Positions 61,261 through 64,000 of a DNA stretch of 64,000 bases are shown one piece after another. The translations under genes and the position numbers were made by a program. The first letter of the stretch is position 1; each line of letters opens with the position of its first letter. The stretch is from the human T2T-CHM13v2.0 reference genome, Homo sapiens. The stretch lies in NCBI RefSeq assembly GCF_009914755.1, contig NC_060937.1; one strand, 5' to 3'. A model generated the notes under the pieces. It saw nothing but the letters and a program-made list of their open reading frames with translations. It was not told where the DNA came from and ran no database searches.

Positions 61261-62689
61261 AATAACTGTCATGTTAGGAAAAATTCTTTGGACATTTATT
61301 TTATGGTAACGAGGGTTAAAATTTAAGAGGAGCTTTGAAGGGCAGATGGAGGTTAGGGCAGGAGACAGGCAGTGTAATTAAGGAAATTAAAATAAGTGGT
61401 CGATAAGCTGGACTCTTACTTGGCCAGTAGTAAACCAATCAACACTAAGTTGAGGGGTAACAGGAATGAGAAAATCACCTGAACATAAACATAAGAGAAG
61501 GTATTTCATAGAGTACAACAGATCACTGTTCATCCATATAGTTCTAAGAAAAAGTAACAGGGAATTTTTGAAAGAGAGAAGAAAGTAAGTAGAAAAAAAA
61601 AAGTGAGGTTGAAAACTAGTGGGTAACGGTGAATAAAACAGCACAAAGAAAAACTGGAGGAAAGTACACAGAATTTATGAGGGGACTCATAACATATGGC
61701 CGATTTACCAAAAGCTAGTCAAGCTCAAAGTCATCTGACTCCAAATCCATTAACCTGAAATCCACTTTCTTGTTTTGAAATGCAATCTGAACTTCAAACG
61801 GCAGTTTGTCTCCTCTTAACCAGTTCAGCAAACTTCACTTGAAAATCACCATTGTTCATGCTAGTCTGCATCACCATGCCTCAGATACTTGCAGGAATCG
61901 GGGCAGCCAAAAGTGTTTCAGCTATTGGGACCTCCCCTCCAGTTTAGCAAGCTGGGAATGGTGACAAGTATAAGTGGCATGCCTCAGTATAAAAAGTAAA
62001 ATGATTGGCTCTACCATTTACAGTCACATCACAACCCGTACCACTTCAGATTCCTAGTCTGAAAAACGGGTATAATCTCCAAGAATTGTGAGATTCAAGT
62101 AACAAACAACTGAGAGCTCCATGCCTGGGACATAGTAGACTCTCAATAAATATTTCTGAATGAACAAATGAACCAATGTGTTATGATACTATATGGTATT
62201 ATTATTGTGCACAAAAAGAAGGTATGGAAAAGGGTAGTATTCTAGTGAATTCTATCACTGTAGTAAGGTCAAGTAACTTCCTTTTATCATCAAAGTCTTG
62301 CATGTATTGCTTCCACTGCCATAACTGCCCTTCATAAACAAGTTTCCCAGGCATCTGTAATCCCACCTCCAACTTTGCAAGTTTATGTCTGGACCTGTTG
62401 CCTTCTCTCTTTAGAACTATACATTCTGCGATGGTGAGGGTTGTGTCTTCACACTTCATGGACAGGCTTATAACCAACAAACCATGCAGAGGAGAAAACA
62501 TGTCTAAGCCTTCCTCAGGCCCAGGCAGAATCCTCTGGTGCCAACACCTATGTGGTGGCAATGAAGGCGATTCCAGATTCTTTGGTAATGTTGAGGCAAA
62601 AACATTTTGAGGACCTAGATGTGAACAGGCCCTCAAATTGGATACCTTTTTATTTGAAGGATATAAGATTCAGCAATACCCTCTGGACT

Positions 62690-63194
62690 ACAGTTTGTTA
62701 ATTCAGGTCCTCAGATCCCAAAGGGATCCATGGATAGAATTCATGGAAGTTCTTGAATTCAGATGGAAAAAAATCAGATCTTTTGTCACCAGTATCTAAC
62801 TGAAATTTAGCGTTTGCTTCAAGTAGGAATTTAGACAACAAATCATGGTAGCATTAGTAGTACTTACATATGTGTCACCAACAGAAATCACAGATATTTT
62901 CATATCTCACTGCAATTCTTGTTATCTCAAAATATTATCTGTTTATCACCACTTTAAAATTAGTGGTCATTATGTGCTCTGCTAAATCCAATACAATGTG
63001 TTAATGAAGAAGCATGTATATTACCATAACACGAGTTTGTTTTAATAACTTGATAACTATTTCAATATAATCGGCTCCTTGTCATTCTATGTGTTTTATT
63101 TCATTCATTTACATATTTTACTCTGAGAAACAGTCCATGGACTTCAACAGACTACCAAAGATGTCCCTAGCACTAAAAAGGCTAAGAAGCCCTG
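62690..63194. mobile_element. Charlie4a-like hAT DNA transposon
   Basis: ccatggatagaattc...ctaactgaaatttagc...gaaatcacagatattttcatat...aaaggctaagaagccctg. Confidence 0.85.
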
Positions 63195-63414
63195 CTCCAA
63201 ACTATAATGCCCAACAATTAAAAGTATTATGCAAGTACAAATCCCATTACTTGAAGCACTTTTAACTATAAAGATGAAAACATTACTTGAGAATCTGCAA
63301 TCATTCTGATATGTAGGAATTATTTACATTGACTAAAAAGTTCTAAACTAATGGCCTGATTTACGTAATAGAGCAGCCTATGTATGAAACAGTCTGATTT
63401 GAGTTGTTATTACA

Positions 63415-63680
63415 TTTTAGCACAGAGTTAAAAACATAAGTATTTCTATCAAGGACTTGGCTTTGAAGTTTGTCTTGAATTTACTACCTGACCTTGGGCA
63501 AGTCGGTAAACCCAGCTAAGCCTTAGTTTTCTCATCTACAAAATGTTGAAAATACCTCCTCCTTCAAAGCATTATTAAGAGAATTAAATAATACATGCAA
63601 AATACTAAATAATGGATACAAAGTACTTAGCACAGTACCAGACATAATAAGTACTAAATAACTTACAGCAATGTTATTGT
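63415..63680 (+). mobile_element. MIR
   Basis: tgaccttgggcaagtc...agttttctcatctacaaaatg...cttagcacagtaccagacata. Confidence 0.85.
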
Positions 63681-63764
63681 CCTATTTTACTTATTAATCT
63701 AAGTAAAACTTTATATTGAGTCTTTAAGATGATTTCTTTAAAGTATTCTATAATTAAAAGATAA

Positions 63765-63990
63765 GAGAGCATGTTGCTTCAGAATACAGACTCTAATGAC
63801 AGACTGCCTGGGTTTAAATTTTTTTGTACCACTTACAAGCTGTGTGCCTCTGGATAAGTTACTTAATTTCTCTGAGGTTTAGTTTTAGATCTGTAAAATA
63901 GGGAAAATAGTATCTATGCCATAGGGTTGTTATGAAGGTCAAATTAGTAACCACAGGTGAAGCACATTAAAACATGCCTAGAACATGATA
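63765..63990 (+). mobile_element. MIR
   Basis: cagactgcctgggtttaaat...ccacttacaagctgtgtg...aagttacttaa...ctgtaaaataggg...atagggttgttatgaag. Confidence 0.88.
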
Positions 63991-64000
63991 CTTTGTAATT

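Noticed and set aside
62202-62636. 144-aa ORF in unique sequence
   Set aside because: Non-ATG start, no recognisable domain or exon structure; cannot be supported.

Overview
Human genomic DNA (an AluYa5, a human-specific subfamily, is present). The window is AT-rich, repeat-dense and looks intronic or intergenic; I see no recognisable intact protein-coding gene, and almost all long ORFs in the track are LINE-1 or Alu derived. It holds layered L2, MIR, old L1M, MaLR/ERV LTRs, DNA transposons (Ricksha, MER58A, MER97-like, Tigger2a, Charlie4a) and about 14 Alus or Alu fragments. Subfamily names come from recalled consensus sequences, not a database search. Highlights: (1) a minus-strand L1PA3/PA4-type element (about 25800-31400) retrotransposed from a spliced RNA, which also carries a short putative 3' transduction, a perfect in-frame 90-bp duplication in ORF1 and a patchwork templated insertion; (2) about 30 bp away in the same old host L1, an L1PA15-17-like insertion with an apparent 3' transduction; (3) an unexplained non-repeat direct-plus-inverted duplication at 57856-59285; (4) a tailless U6 retrocopy with a perfect TSD next to a degenerate minisatellite; (5) three candidate minus-strand exons of an unidentified host transcript. 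I found no convincing new multi-gene system; the novelty here lies in retrotransposition and rearrangement footprints.
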